Source: Hyphomicrobiales bacterium
GTDB lineage: Bacteria > Pseudomonadota > Alphaproteobacteria > Rhizobiales > JAJFHB01
DNA: 64,000 nt
Direction: 5' to 3'
NCBI GenBank assembly: GCA_021775755.1
Contig: JAJFHE010000050.1
Coordinates: 343,842-407,841, forward strand
The translations under genes were made by a program, and so were the position numbers. The notes under the pieces were generated by a model. That model was not told where the DNA came from. It saw nothing but the letters and a program-made list of their open reading frames with translations, and searched no databases. This document shows positions 38,697-48,590 of this stretch, piece after piece (the stretch's first letter is position 1; the number at the start of each line of letters is the position of its first letter).

Positions 38697-39536
38697 TCAG
38701 GTCGCGGCGGCAGCTTCTTCTTCGCCGTCGCTTTCGCTGTCATCGTCATCATCATCGTCGTCATCGTCTCTTTCACGGCGCTTTTTCTCCACGCCGCGGA
38801 CGCAGAAGATCGAAATCTCATAAAGAATGAGCGTCGGCAGCGCGAGGCCGATCTGGGAGATCGGGTCAGGCGGTGTGAGAAACGCCGCAACGGCGAAAGT
38901 TCCGACGATGGCGTACTTGCGTTTCGCCTTGAGGCCTTCCGATGTGGCAAGTCCGACACGGGCCAGAAGCGTCAAAAGCACGGGAAGCTGAAAACACAGG
39001 CCAAACGCGAATATCAGAGTCATGATCAGGCCGAGATACTCGCTGACGCGCGCGACAAGCTGGATCGATGCCTGCCCCTCTCCGGACTGTTCAAGCGACA
39101 GGAAGAACTCCATCGCCAGCGGCATGACAACGAAATAAACCAGCGACCCGCCAAGGATAAAGAGCCCTGGTGTGGCGATCAGGAAAGGCAGGAACGCGCT
39201 TCGCTCGTTCTTGTAGAGGCCCGGCGCGACGAACGAATAAAGCTGACTTGCGATAAACGGAAATGCCAGACAAAACCCGCCGAACATACCGATTTTAAGC
39301 TGTGCGAAAAAAAACTCCTGCGGCGCCGTGTAGATCAGTTGGACATCCTGGATCTCGCCAACGGCGCGCTCAAACGGATAGAGCAGAATATTGAAAATCC
39401 TGTCGGAAAATATGAACGAGACGACAAAGAAAATCGCGAAGGCGATAGCCGATCGCATGAGGCGCGAGCGCAGCTCGGTCAAATGTTCGATCAACGGAGC
39501 TTCTGTTGAATCAATGCCGTCTTCGGATGCCGCCAT
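38697..39536 (-). CDS. tatC: Twin-arginine translocase subunit TatC with an acidic C-terminal tail
   Basis: 279 aa with APLIEHLTELRSRL and 6 TM segments. The tail is ...ERDDDDDDDDDDSESDGEEEAAAAT. Confidence 0.95.
   Translation of the reverse strand: MAASEDGIDSTEAPLIEHLTELRSRLMRSAIAFAIFFVVSFIFSDRIFNILLYPFERAVGEIQDVQLIYTAPQEFFFAQLKIGMFGGFCLAFPFIASQLYSFVAPGLYKNERSAFLPFLIATPGLFILGGSLVYFVVMPLAMEFFLSLEQSGEGQASIQLVARVSEYLGLIMTLIFAFGLCFQLPVLLTLLARVGLATSEGLKAKRKYAIVGTFAVAAFLTPPDPISQIGLALPTLILYEISIFCVRGVEKKRRERDDDDDDDDDDSESDGEEEAAAAT
38739..38768 (-). repeat. (GAY)10 trinucleotide tract encoding Asp10 in the TatC tail
   Basis: The plus strand reads gtcatcgtcatcatcatcgtcgtcatcgtc. Confidence 0.9.
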
Positions 39537-39541
39537 GTCCG

Positions 39542-40006
39542 TCAGCTTTCGCTCGGTGCCGTGGTGCTCGCGGCGGTCTTGGTTTTCGCCTTTGGTTTCG
39601 GCTTGCGTTTTGCCGGCGCCTTTTTCTTCGGTGCCGCCGGTTCAGATGCCGCGGTTTGGGCCGCACCGTTAGCCGCCGCCGTCTCCGTAGCCGCCGGCTC
39701 CGCTTTGAGCGGTTTCTCGACGGTGTCCTTTACCGCCTTGGCTTCATCGGTCATTGAGGAAAAGGCTTTCGAGACCTGATTGGTTGGCGAAAGATCCTTC
39801 ACCTTCGACAATCCCTGACGAACGTCATCGAGCCCGGTATCGCGGGCCGCATCTTCGAACTGGCGCTGGAAGTCGCGCGCCATGGACTTCAGCTGTCCCA
39901 CATACTTGCCGATCGTGCGCAGCATGCGTGGCAGATCCTTTGGTCCGACCACCAGGAGCATAACCATCCCGATGACGAGCATCTCGGTCCAGCCTATATC
40001 GAACAT
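39542..40006 (-). CDS. tatB: Twin-arginine translocase subunit TatB
   Basis: MFDIGWTEMLVIGMVMLLVVGPKDLP... Confidence 0.92.
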   Translation of the reverse strand: MFDIGWTEMLVIGMVMLLVVGPKDLPRMLRTIGKYVGQLKSMARDFQRQFEDAARDTGLDDVRQGLSKVKDLSPTNQVSKAFSSMTDEAKAVKDTVEKPLKAEPAATETAAANGAAQTAASEPAAPKKKAPAKRKPKPKAKTKTAASTTAPSES

Positions 40007-40073
40007 TGCTTTACACGCGCCACGTTACCCGCTTGCCGGGCAGGTCAGAAAAATCAGCCAGGATTGAGCGGCT

Positions 40074-40307
40074 TCAGCTGTTGGCTTTACTGCCGGCTTC
40101 TTCAGTGGTTTCGACAGTATCTGCCGCATTGTGCTCAAGGGTTTTGACGTCACCCTCGGCTTCATCCTTGGGTTCTTCCTGCATGCCCTTTTTGAAGCTC
40201 TTGATGCCCTTGGCGACATCGCCCATGAGATCGGAAATCTTGCCGCGTCCGAAAAGCAGCACAAGCAGGGCCACCACCAGAAGGATTTGCCAGAAACTTG
40301 GCATCAT
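40074..40307 (-). CDS. tatA: Twin-arginine translocase subunit TatA
   Basis: 77 aa with ...[35 protein letters not shown]. Confidence 0.92.
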   Translation of the reverse strand: MMPSFWQILLVVALLVLLFGRGKISDLMGDVAKGIKSFKKGMQEEPKDEAEGDVKTLEHNAADTVETTEEAGSKANS

Positions 40308-40451
40308 TGTCTCGTACTCCCAACTCTTTAAGTTTATGCCGTACGGCGATTTGGCCGCACTATCGCAGAATCAACACTTTGCTGCAACAAAACAGCAGCA
40401 CACACCATAAACGGGGTAAACGCCGAAACCGGGTGGTTCACCGGCCCCGCG

Positions 40452-41576
40452 TCAGGTGTCGCCGGCTGCAAACACAAAGACGTGATCCAGATCCAGCGAA
40501 ATGCGGATGCTGTCACCCTTTGCGGGAATGCCAGTGCCGGCGAGGTGCGCCATTAATGGTTGCTCTATACCCTCGAACGCAATTTTCACAACACTTGCAT
40601 CGCCAAGGTAACGTGCATCGAGAACAAAGCCCTCGAGCGCTGATTTGGACTTTGAGCGCGTCAACCCCTGCGGCCGGATCATGACCGTCACCGCGGCATC
40701 CGACAACCTGGCCGGCGTCGGCACATTGCCAAAGGCGGTTGCGATCTTTCCTCCCCTCGACACGCACGGTATCTCGTTGAATTCGCTAAAGAATCTTGCG
40801 GTGTCGATGTCGACGGGATGACAATAGACCTGTTGGGGGGTTCCGACCTGCACCAGTTGGCCTGAACGCATGACAGCAATGCGGTCCGCCATCCACATCG
40901 CTTCGGCGGGATCGTGTGTCACAAGCAGACAGCTTGCCCCGGTCTCGCGCAGCACGGAAAGCGTTTCGTCGCGCACCGACTCCCGCAACCGTTGATCAAG
41001 CCCGGAAAACGGCTCGTCCATCAGCAACACCGAGGGACGCGGGACAATTGCGCGCGCAAGCGCCACGCGCTGCTGCTCGCCACCGGAAAGCACGTGCGGA
41101 TAGGCTTTCTCATAGGCACTCATGCCGACGCGACGCAGCGCCGCGCGCGCTTCGGAGGCCGCCGTTGCCTGATCGAGCGCATTCAGGCCGAAGGCGACGT
41201 TATCCAGGATGGACAAATGCGGAAACAGGGCGAAGTCCTGAAACATCAGGCCGACATTGCGCTTTTCCGGCGGAACAAAGATGTTCGGTCCGGCGACTTC
41301 CTCGCCATTCAGGAGAATCCGTCCCTTTTGCGGACGTTCCACACCGGCGGCAATACGAAGCAACGTTGTCTTGCCGCAGCCGGAGGGCCCGAGCAGGCAA
41401 ATGATCTCGCCGAGCGCCAAATCCAGAGACACATCGTTCACCGCATCGACGCCCTTGAACACATGAGTGATGTGATCAAAAGTCAGGCGTGCCGGAAACG
41501 TCGCAGCCGCAGAACCGCGCGGGCCCCACGAGCTTGAATCCTGATTTTCCGGTATGCTGTCGTCCAACGGGTTCAT
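40452..41576 (-). CDS. ABC transporter ATP-binding protein (PotA/FbpC-like, with a C-terminal TOBE-like region); no permease or binding protein adjacent
   Basis: ATG 41576 (GGAG Shine-Dalgarno) with Walker A GPSGCGKTT, signature LSGGEQQR and Walker B LLMDEPFS. Confidence 0.88.
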   Translation of the reverse strand: MNPLDDSIPENQDSSSWGPRGSAAATFPARLTFDHITHVFKGVDAVNDVSLDLALGEIICLLGPSGCGKTTLLRIAAGVERPQKGRILLNGEEVAGPNIFVPPEKRNVGLMFQDFALFPHLSILDNVAFGLNALDQATAASEARAALRRVGMSAYEKAYPHVLSGGEQQRVALARAIVPRPSVLLMDEPFSGLDQRLRESVRDETLSVLRETGASCLLVTHDPAEAMWMADRIAVMRSGQLVQVGTPQQVYCHPVDIDTARFFSEFNEIPCVSRGGKIATAFGNVPTPARLSDAAVTVMIRPQGLTRSKSKSALEGFVLDARYLGDASVVKIAFEGIEQPLMAHLAGTGIPAKGDSIRISLDLDHVFVFAAGDT

Positions 41577-41661
41577 AAGGCTCCGAAGCGGGCGGCGGCG
41601 CCCCATGCGCCACGGCTATCACTGCGGACTATATAGTGTGAGAACCTGCCGTCGGAAACTG

Positions 41662-42438
41662 TTATTCCGCATCCTCGCCGAGGGCCGCTTCTAGAGGTTC
41701 GTCGTAGTCATCCATATCCGGGCCTTCGTCGAGGGGGTCCTCATCTGGATCAAGGTCTTCACCGTCGCCGGGCGCTGGAATGACAAAGTCAGATGGCAGA
41801 TTGCTCTGCAACAGTCCCGCCGCCTTCAAGTCCGACATACCGGGAAGATCGCTGACCGCTTCCAGACCGAAATGGCTCAGGAACGCATCGCTGGTGCCGT
41901 AAGTTACCGGACGGCCTGGCGAGCGGCGGCGGCCTCGCATGCGGATCCAGCCGATTTCGAGAAGTGCATCAAGGGTACCTTTCGAAATCGAAACGCCCCT
42001 CACCTCCTCGATTTCGCTGCGTGCGACGGGCTGGTGATAAGCAATGATGGCAAGGGTTTCCAGAGCGGCGCGCGACAAGCGCTTTTCCTCAACAGCGTCC
42101 TTGCGCATAATAAAGCTCAGGTCTTCCGATGTGCGGAACGTCCATTTGCCACTTACCTGAACCAGATTCACACCACGGCCGCGGTAGGTTTCGCAAAGAT
42201 CGGCGAGCAGCGTTTCAACGTCGCTTTCATTCGGCAAGCGGTCTTCAAGAACCGCCTGCGAAAGCGGTTCGGACGCGGCGAAAAGAACGGCCTCCAGTAT
42301 GCGCAACTGCTGCTGATGTTCGGTGGATCGGTACACAGAATACACTTCCGCTGTCAGTTTGGCGGTTACATCATCCATTGCTCCGGGCGTTTCCTGCCCG
42401 GCTGCAACATCAACAACCTGCTCCGGTTTCGTCTGCAT
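41662..42438 (-). CDS. scpB: Segregation and condensation protein B
   Basis: 258 aa with ILEAVLFAASEPLS and two winged-helix repeats (ALETLAIIAYHQPVARSEIEEVRGV). Confidence 0.9.
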   Translation of the reverse strand: MQTKPEQVVDVAAGQETPGAMDDVTAKLTAEVYSVYRSTEHQQQLRILEAVLFAASEPLSQAVLEDRLPNESDVETLLADLCETYRGRGVNLVQVSGKWTFRTSEDLSFIMRKDAVEEKRLSRAALETLAIIAYHQPVARSEIEEVRGVSISKGTLDALLEIGWIRMRGRRRSPGRPVTYGTSDAFLSHFGLEAVSDLPGMSDLKAAGLLQSNLPSDFVIPAPGDGEDLDPDEDPLDEGPDMDDYDEPLEAALGEDAE

Positions 42439-42458
42439 TGGCGCTACTTGCCTTTCTG

Positions 42459-43274
42459 TCAGGCCACTGAACCCTGGACGCGTCTGAGATAGATCGGTGC
42501 GAAGGCCTCTTCCTGCCGAACGTCGACAACGCCTTCGCGCACCATTTCAAGTGTTGCGGAAAATGTACTCGCCTTGATCGTTGCCTGCATTTCCGGCTCG
42601 ACCAGATATTCAACCAGATATTCGTCCAGCCGCCCCCATGTGCCCATGGTGCCAAGCAGCTTTTCAAGCATCACACGCGCCTCCTTGATCGTCCACACCG
42701 GCTGACGGCGCATCACCAGCGGACGCGAAACCTGACGCTGCCGCCGCTCCGCGTAGACCTTGAGGAGATCGTAGAGGTTGTCGACATATTCGTTTGTCGT
42801 CGAGATCTCTATGCTTTCCGGATCGCCCCGCTGGAAAACGTCGCGGCCGAGCCGGTTCCGGGCCATGAGCTGAGCCGCTGCCTGGCGCATGGCGTCGAGC
42901 CGCTGCAACCGGAACGACAGCAGTGCGGCAAGTTCCTCACCTGAAGGCTCGTCGTCCTTTTCCGGTTCGGGCAGCAGCAGTCGCGATTTAAGGTATGCCA
43001 GCCACGCCGCCATGACGAGATAGTCGGCGGCGAGTTCAAGCCTGAGCTTGCGCGCCTCCTTGATGAACGTGAGGTACTGCTCGGCCAACGCAAGTATCGA
43101 GATCTTGGTGATGTCGACTTTTTGATCGCGCGCCAGGGTGAGAAGCAGGTCGAGCGGCCCCTCGAACCCGTCGACATCGATAATCAGGGAATCGAGAGGA
43201 CCGAGCGGACCGTCCTCGTCTTCCCAGCCGAGATCCTCGGCATCGTGGTCGTCTTGCTGCGTATCAGCGTTCAT
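42459..43274 (-). CDS. scpA: Segregation and condensation protein A (kleisin)
   Basis: 271 aa with FEGPLDLLLTLARDQKVDITKISILALAEQYL. Confidence 0.9.
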   Translation of the reverse strand: MNADTQQDDHDAEDLGWEDEDGPLGPLDSLIIDVDGFEGPLDLLLTLARDQKVDITKISILALAEQYLTFIKEARKLRLELAADYLVMAAWLAYLKSRLLLPEPEKDDEPSGEELAALLSFRLQRLDAMRQAAAQLMARNRLGRDVFQRGDPESIEISTTNEYVDNLYDLLKVYAERRQRQVSRPLVMRRQPVWTIKEARVMLEKLLGTMGTWGRLDEYLVEYLVEPEMQATIKASTFSATLEMVREGVVDVRQEEAFAPIYLRRVQGSVA

Positions 43275-43324
43275 TCAGGTTCTTTCGGGGCGCGGGGCCC
43301 TGAGAATCGTTGCCCTGACTTAGT

Positions 43325-44344
43325 TTATACCGATTCGACAAGCACCCGGTCGAGGTCGCCGAGCGCTTCTTCCACATCAAACTCCTTTGGCGGCCCAAGA
43401 CGCGCCAGTGCCGCCTCGCACCGACGCAGCGCATCGCCTGTCAGCACAGGTACACTCTCCGCGATCTCCATCATCTCAGACATGTCGCCGTTACAGTGTA
43501 AAATGAGATCGCAACCCGCCTCAAGAGCCGCCTCGGCCCGTGCCGCAAGAGACCCCGTCAGAGCCCCCATGCTCAAATCGTCCGTCATCAAGGCGCCATC
43601 ATACCCGATTTCACCGCGAATGAGATCGATTACCGGTTTTGAAAGTGTTGCCGGTTGCTCTTTGTCGAGCGCGGAATACACGACATGAGCGGTCATCGCC
43701 AGCGGCGCGGTGTTCAGTGCCGCAAACGGAACAAAATCGCATGCACGAAGCTCCTGCGCCGATGTCTCGACGATGGGTAGATCCTTGTGGCTGTCCGCCT
43801 GCGCGCGGCCGTGGCCCGGCACATGTTTGACGACAGGCAGCACGCCGCTGTCGAGCATCGCACCTGTCGCGACACCACCCAGAACTGCAACCACCTCTGG
43901 TTCGCGGCCATAGGCGCGGTCGCCTATGACGTCATGCGCGCCCGGTTGCTGCACATCGAGCACGGGCAGACAGTCGACCGTAATACCAACCTCTTTAACA
44001 TCGCGCGCGATCAGGCGCGTCAGCACATAGGTGAGCCGCATTGCCTCGGATCGGTCGGATTGGAACAGGTCTCCCAGAACCCTCGCCGGGGGATACTGGC
44101 GCCAGTGCGGCGGCTTCAGGCGTTGAACGCGGCCCCCTTCCTGATCCACCAGCACAGGCGCGCTATCGCGGCCGATGGCGGTTCGGAACTGCGAAACAAG
44201 GGCGCGGATCTGATCGGGGGTGCCGCAGTTGCGAGCGAACAGAATAAGACCCCAGGGGTTTACTTCTTCGAACAAGCCGATTTCCGCGGCCGTCAGGGAC
44301 AATCCCTCACAGCCCACGATCAGAGCGCGCTCAGACATAATCAC
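43325..44344 (-). CDS. nagZ: Beta-N-acetylhexosaminidase NagZ
   Basis: 339 aa with VDQEGGRVQRL and KHVPGHGRAQADSH (GH3 motifs). Confidence 0.92.
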   Translation of the reverse strand: MIMSERALIVGCEGLSLTAAEIGLFEEVNPWGLILFARNCGTPDQIRALVSQFRTAIGRDSAPVLVDQEGGRVQRLKPPHWRQYPPARVLGDLFQSDRSEAMRLTYVLTRLIARDVKEVGITVDCLPVLDVQQPGAHDVIGDRAYGREPEVVAVLGGVATGAMLDSGVLPVVKHVPGHGRAQADSHKDLPIVETSAQELRACDFVPFAALNTAPLAMTAHVVYSALDKEQPATLSKPVIDLIRGEIGYDGALMTDDLSMGALTGSLAARAEAALEAGCDLILHCNGDMSEMMEIAESVPVLTGDALRRCEAALARLGPPKEFDVEEALGDLDRVLVESV

Positions 44345-44385
44345 CCAGTTTGAATGTAAGAATTGAAAGCAGGTCCGCCGACAAC

Positions 44386-46734
44386 CTACTGACCGACAAA
44401 GCAGTCTCGCTCACCAGCCGAAATCAGCGAGTTACAGAGTTGCGAGGCCGATTGCCGGTTTTGTATCGGCCCGATGCGCAAGCGATAGTATATGCCGCGT
44501 GAGCCGAGGTCGGCCTGCTGAATATAGGGCCTGTAGGTCTGCAGCAACGAACCGTGACGACCCTGCAGGCGGCTGAATTCCTGTTCCGCTTCCTGCTGGG
44601 TCCGGAACGACGCCAACTGCACAAGGAAGCTGCCCGGCGGCGGCGCCGGTGCCGGGGCAATGGCCGGCGCGGGATTGATGGCTGCTACCTGTTCGGCGGG
44701 CGCCTGGGTTACAGGGGCCAGAGTTGCAGGTGCCTGGGTGACGGGAGCTTGAACCGCCGGCGCTGCAGGTTGCGTCAGTGACGGCTGTTGCGTTGCCGCA
44801 AGAGGCTGGCCACCGACGTCAAGCGAGCTTCCTTCGCCGGAAAACCTCGAGCCGCTGACGCGTGTTGTGTTTTGTTGTGTCTGCTGCTGCAGGAGAGACG
44901 GCTGAGCCGGTTGCTGTACGGCAGGCTGCGCCGGTTCTAGCGACACGGGCTGACCGGGCTGTAAGTTGATGGGCGAGGTCCCACTCTGCTGGGCTTGCAG
45001 GGCTGCCTGCTGCGTGTTTTCGGCGGGCACGGAGCCCGGCAACGGATTGATCTGAACCGGACCGGAAGGAACGGCCGGGCCGGGTGTTGCAAGCCGCGAC
45101 GGCGGGATCGGCTTATCGATCGGCACCGGCGGATTGGCAAGAAGCCGTGAAATTGGGTCATCGGCAGCTGCCGTGGCCGGCTGCTGCTGATCCGGTTGCG
45201 GCTGCTGCAGGGCAGCGTTGTCGCTTGGTGCGATCGGCTGCAACACTGTGGACGGCACGGATGAATCCGGCAATGGCGGCGGCTGGACCGCTGCCACCTG
45301 GGTGGTCTGCGACTGCAGACTGCCTGACTGGCCCGATGGCACTGCACTGGGCGGAGGTGGCAGGGGAAGTGGCAGCGGCTCATTGCCGGTCGGCTGCCCG
45401 TCGAACGCCTGGTTCGTCCCCGGTTGAGCCGGCGCTCCGGTTGGATTTATCTGTCCGGCCGGCTGATTTGAGGGGTCGAGCAACGGCTCTTCGCGCGTCT
45501 GCAACGTTTCGTCCGGCACGGCGACTTCGCCGATAATCCGTTCATAGATCAGTTTGGTACGGTGCGAGACTTCGAGCCCGCTTGGTTCATCCGGTTCGAC
45601 CTTGACCGGCTCCTGATTGGCTTCGACAACGGGAACCTGATCCTGCTGGCCTTCATATATGCCCTGTTTGTAAACGAGAATTAGCCCGCCGGCGATCGCG
45701 GCAACGCCAATAAGGCTACCGAGCAGAAGAAACGGCCCGCGGCGGCGGCGTGGCGGTTCGCGCATTTCATCGTACTGGCCCTCATACCTTGGGTATTCCT
45801 CAAAGCCTGAAGGTTCGGCACGGCGAAAATCGACCGATTCATCGGTGTACTGATACTCCCGCGCATACTGGTTATCGACATCGGCCAGTTCGCGGGCGTG
45901 CACGCCCTGATACTGCGACGGGTCGAACTCTTCGTAGCTGCGCGGGTCGTAGTAATCTTCAGCAGGCGGCGTTTCCTGTACCGGCGGCTCACGCGGAGTG
46001 TCGCTGCGACCGCGGTCATCGAAGGGCGAAGGTCCACTGCCCGCAACGCCCTGCTGCGGGCTGTAGCGCGGCCGGTCGGCTTCAAAGTTAGCTGCTGCGT
46101 CGCGTCCGTCCCTACCCCGTTCCGATATGCGGTCAAGGCGCGGCGGCGCACTGTAGCCATCGTTGGCGGGCGGACGCCGTTCAATCGCCGGTTCCCTGTC
46201 GAAGCCGCCACGCATGCCGGCCGCCGGTGCCGGGTCATCGCCGCGCCAACGGTCGTTTCTGGGCGCCGGCTCGCGGCCGAATGGCGATCCGAAATCGTCA
46301 TCGCGGTTGAAAAGTGACGACGAACGACCTCCCGAAGCAGGCCGCTCCTGGGGCTCGCGCGATGCCCCGCGCGGCTGATCAAAGGGCGACTCCGTCCGGA
46401 ATAATCCGGACTCGCGCCCACCGGCATCCTCATTGCGATCGCGGCGCAGCCCGGAATCGCGAGTAGCGCCGAAATCATCGCGCGGCGGGCGATTGTCATC
46501 GCGTCCACTTGCCGCTGGTTCCGGTTGCGTTTCAGTGACGCGAGGCCTGGCGAACGGCGACGTGTCGACGTCACCTGCAGGTTCGTTGCGGCTTACCGGA
46601 TCATCAAAAATGTTTCGCTCGCGCGATTGGGAACGCTCGCCATCCCGGCGAAACGGACTTTCGTCACTTTCGTCCCGGAACAATCTGCGCTCGCCGTCGT
46701 TTCTCGATCCGCGATCGGATGCGTCATTAGCCAT
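44386..46734 (-). CDS. SPOR-domain protein with about 700 aa of low-complexity (Arg/Asp-rich then Pro/Gln-rich) sequence and one TM segment
   Basis: 782 aa with TM segment FLLLGSLIGVAAIAGGLILV and a C-terminal SPOR domain (FLVQLASFRTQQEAEQEFSRL...YYRLRIGP). Confidence 0.85.
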   Translation of the reverse strand: MANDASDRGSRNDGERRLFRDESDESPFRRDGERSQSRERNIFDDPVSRNEPAGDVDTSPFARPRVTETQPEPAASGRDDNRPPRDDFGATRDSGLRRDRNEDAGGRESGLFRTESPFDQPRGASREPQERPASGGRSSSLFNRDDDFGSPFGREPAPRNDRWRGDDPAPAAGMRGGFDREPAIERRPPANDGYSAPPRLDRISERGRDGRDAAANFEADRPRYSPQQGVAGSGPSPFDDRGRSDTPREPPVQETPPAEDYYDPRSYEEFDPSQYQGVHARELADVDNQYAREYQYTDESVDFRRAEPSGFEEYPRYEGQYDEMREPPRRRRGPFLLLGSLIGVAAIAGGLILVYKQGIYEGQQDQVPVVEANQEPVKVEPDEPSGLEVSHRTKLIYERIIGEVAVPDETLQTREEPLLDPSNQPAGQINPTGAPAQPGTNQAFDGQPTGNEPLPLPLPPPPSAVPSGQSGSLQSQTTQVAAVQPPPLPDSSVPSTVLQPIAPSDNAALQQPQPDQQQPATAAADDPISRLLANPPVPIDKPIPPSRLATPGPAVPSGPVQINPLPGSVPAENTQQAALQAQQSGTSPINLQPGQPVSLEPAQPAVQQPAQPSLLQQQTQQNTTRVSGSRFSGEGSSLDVGGQPLAATQQPSLTQPAAPAVQAPVTQAPATLAPVTQAPAEQVAAINPAPAIAPAPAPPPGSFLVQLASFRTQQEAEQEFSRLQGRHGSLLQTYRPYIQQADLGSRGIYYRLRIGPIQNRQSASQLCNSLISAGERDCFVGQ

Positions 46735-46745
46735 AGCGAAGCCCG

Positions 46746-48503
46746 CTATCTCATTTCTTGGACTGGTACGACCCCTAATATTCCCAGTCCGTTGGACAAA
46801 ACATATCGCACCGCTTGCAATAATGCGAGCCGTGCAATGGTTGCATCAGTCTTTGATTCATCAATAAAGCGCAAATGCGGCAACTCTTTGCCCCGATTCC
46901 ACAGAGCGTGGAAGGTGCCTGCCAGCTCATACAAATAGAACGCTATTCTGTGAGGCTCGTGCGCCAACGCCGCACCTTGCACGACCCTCGAATACTCAGC
47001 AATTCGCCTTATGATGGCTATCTCCGCCTCATCCTGCAATACATTTAAGTTCAAATTCGTTAACGCATCGGACTCTTGTGGCAGCACCAGACCGAGATCG
47101 GCGGCATTGCGAAACACAGAACAGATCCTGGCATGCGCGTATTGTACATAGAATACCGGGTTTTCCCGCGATTGCTCGGTAACTTTGTCGAAGTCGAAAT
47201 CGAGCGAAGCGTCGTTTTTGCGGTACAGCATCATGAACCGTACGACATCGGGTCCGACCTCGTTCACAACGTCGCGCAGCGTGATGAAATCGCCGGCGCG
47301 CTTTGACATGCGCACCGGTTGCCCGCCGCGGAACAGCTTGACGAGCTGACACAGACGCACGATGGCCTGTGCCGATCCGCCGCTGACCGCGTTGGCAATG
47401 GCCTGCAACCGCTTGACGTAACCGCCATGGTCGGCACCGAGCACGTAGATCATCTGCTCGAATCCGCGATCGTATTTTGACCTGAAGTAGGCAACGTCCG
47501 ACGCGAAGTATGTGTATGTGCCATCCGACTTGATGAGCGGGCGGTCCACATCGTCACCGAACTGTGTGGCCCGGAACAGGGTCTGCTCGCGATCTTCCCA
47601 GTCTTCGGGCACCCGGCCCTTGGGCGGTGGAAGACGGCCCTCGAACACCAGGTCGCGGGCGCGCAGATCTGCAATAGCGCTGGCAACGGCACCCGTCTCC
47701 TCATGCAGGGAGCGCTCTGAAAAGAAAACCTCGTGATGAATGTTCAATGTCGCGAGATCTTCACGGATGAGATCCATCATTGCATCGATGGCGGCATTCC
47801 GGAAAAGCTCAAGCCACTCGTCTTCCGGCTTGTCGCGGTAGACGTCGCCGTGTGTTTCGGCGAGCTCCCGCGCTACGGGAATAATGTAATCCGCAGGATA
47901 GAGGCCGCTGGGAATCTCGCCGATCTCTTCCCCGAGCACTTCGCGGTAACGCAGGTGAACCGAGCGGGCGAGATCATCGACCTGGGCGCCGGCATCGTTG
48001 GTGTAATACTCGCGCACCACCGCATATCCGACCTTTTCCAGAACATTTGCGAGCGCATCCCCGAACACCGCGCCGCGGCAATGGCCGACATGCAACGGGC
48101 CGGTCGGATTGGCCGAAACATACTCAACGTTCACCTGGCGCCCCTCGCCCATGGGCGACGAGCCGTACGTCTCGCCCGCCTTCAGAACGGCGGCCACAAC
48201 CCGTGGCCAGCACTCGGGCGTGAGTGTCAGGTTGACGAACCCCGGACCGGCGATTTCGGCACTGGCGACACCTTCGGTATCTGCAAGGCGGCGCACCAGG
48301 ACCTCGGCGATTTCGCGGGGTTTAGCGCCGGCCGGCTTGGCCAGGACCATGGCCGCATTCGTGGTGACGTCGCCATGCGAAACGTCGCGTGGCGGTTCAA
48401 CCGAGATGCGTGACAGATCAAGTCCTTGCGGCAGTTCTCCCGCGGCAACCATCGCTTCGACGACGGCATTCACATGCGTTTTGTATTCTGCGAAAATATC
48501 CAA
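46746..48503 (-). CDS. argS: Arginine--tRNA ligase
   Basis: 585 aa with [12 protein letters not shown] (HIGH) and an MSKRAG (KMSKS-like) motif. Confidence 0.97.
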   Translation of the reverse strand: MDIFAEYKTHVNAVVEAMVAAGELPQGLDLSRISVEPPRDVSHGDVTTNAAMVLAKPAGAKPREIAEVLVRRLADTEGVASAEIAGPGFVNLTLTPECWPRVVAAVLKAGETYGSSPMGEGRQVNVEYVSANPTGPLHVGHCRGAVFGDALANVLEKVGYAVVREYYTNDAGAQVDDLARSVHLRYREVLGEEIGEIPSGLYPADYIIPVARELAETHGDVYRDKPEDEWLELFRNAAIDAMMDLIREDLATLNIHHEVFFSERSLHEETGAVASAIADLRARDLVFEGRLPPPKGRVPEDWEDREQTLFRATQFGDDVDRPLIKSDGTYTYFASDVAYFRSKYDRGFEQMIYVLGADHGGYVKRLQAIANAVSGGSAQAIVRLCQLVKLFRGGQPVRMSKRAGDFITLRDVVNEVGPDVVRFMMLYRKNDASLDFDFDKVTEQSRENPVFYVQYAHARICSVFRNAADLGLVLPQESDALTNLNLNVLQDEAEIAIIRRIAEYSRVVQGAALAHEPHRIAFYLYELAGTFHALWNRGKELPHLRFIDESKTDATIARLALLQAVRYVLSNGLGILGVVPVQEMR

Positions 48504-48590
48504 TGGAAACTCGACTCCAGGCCATGCATGGCGCCGAGCCGCGCCGCATCGGCGATGTGCCGCGGATTTCGCGGCAATTCCTTGAGCGGA

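Noticed and set aside
45681-46574. 297-aa and other long alternative-frame ORFs inside 44.4-46.7 kb
   Set aside because: They overlap the SPOR-domain gene in other frames. The compositionally biased, repeat-rich DNA keeps several frames open. Only the 782-aa frame has a TM segment and a SPOR domain.
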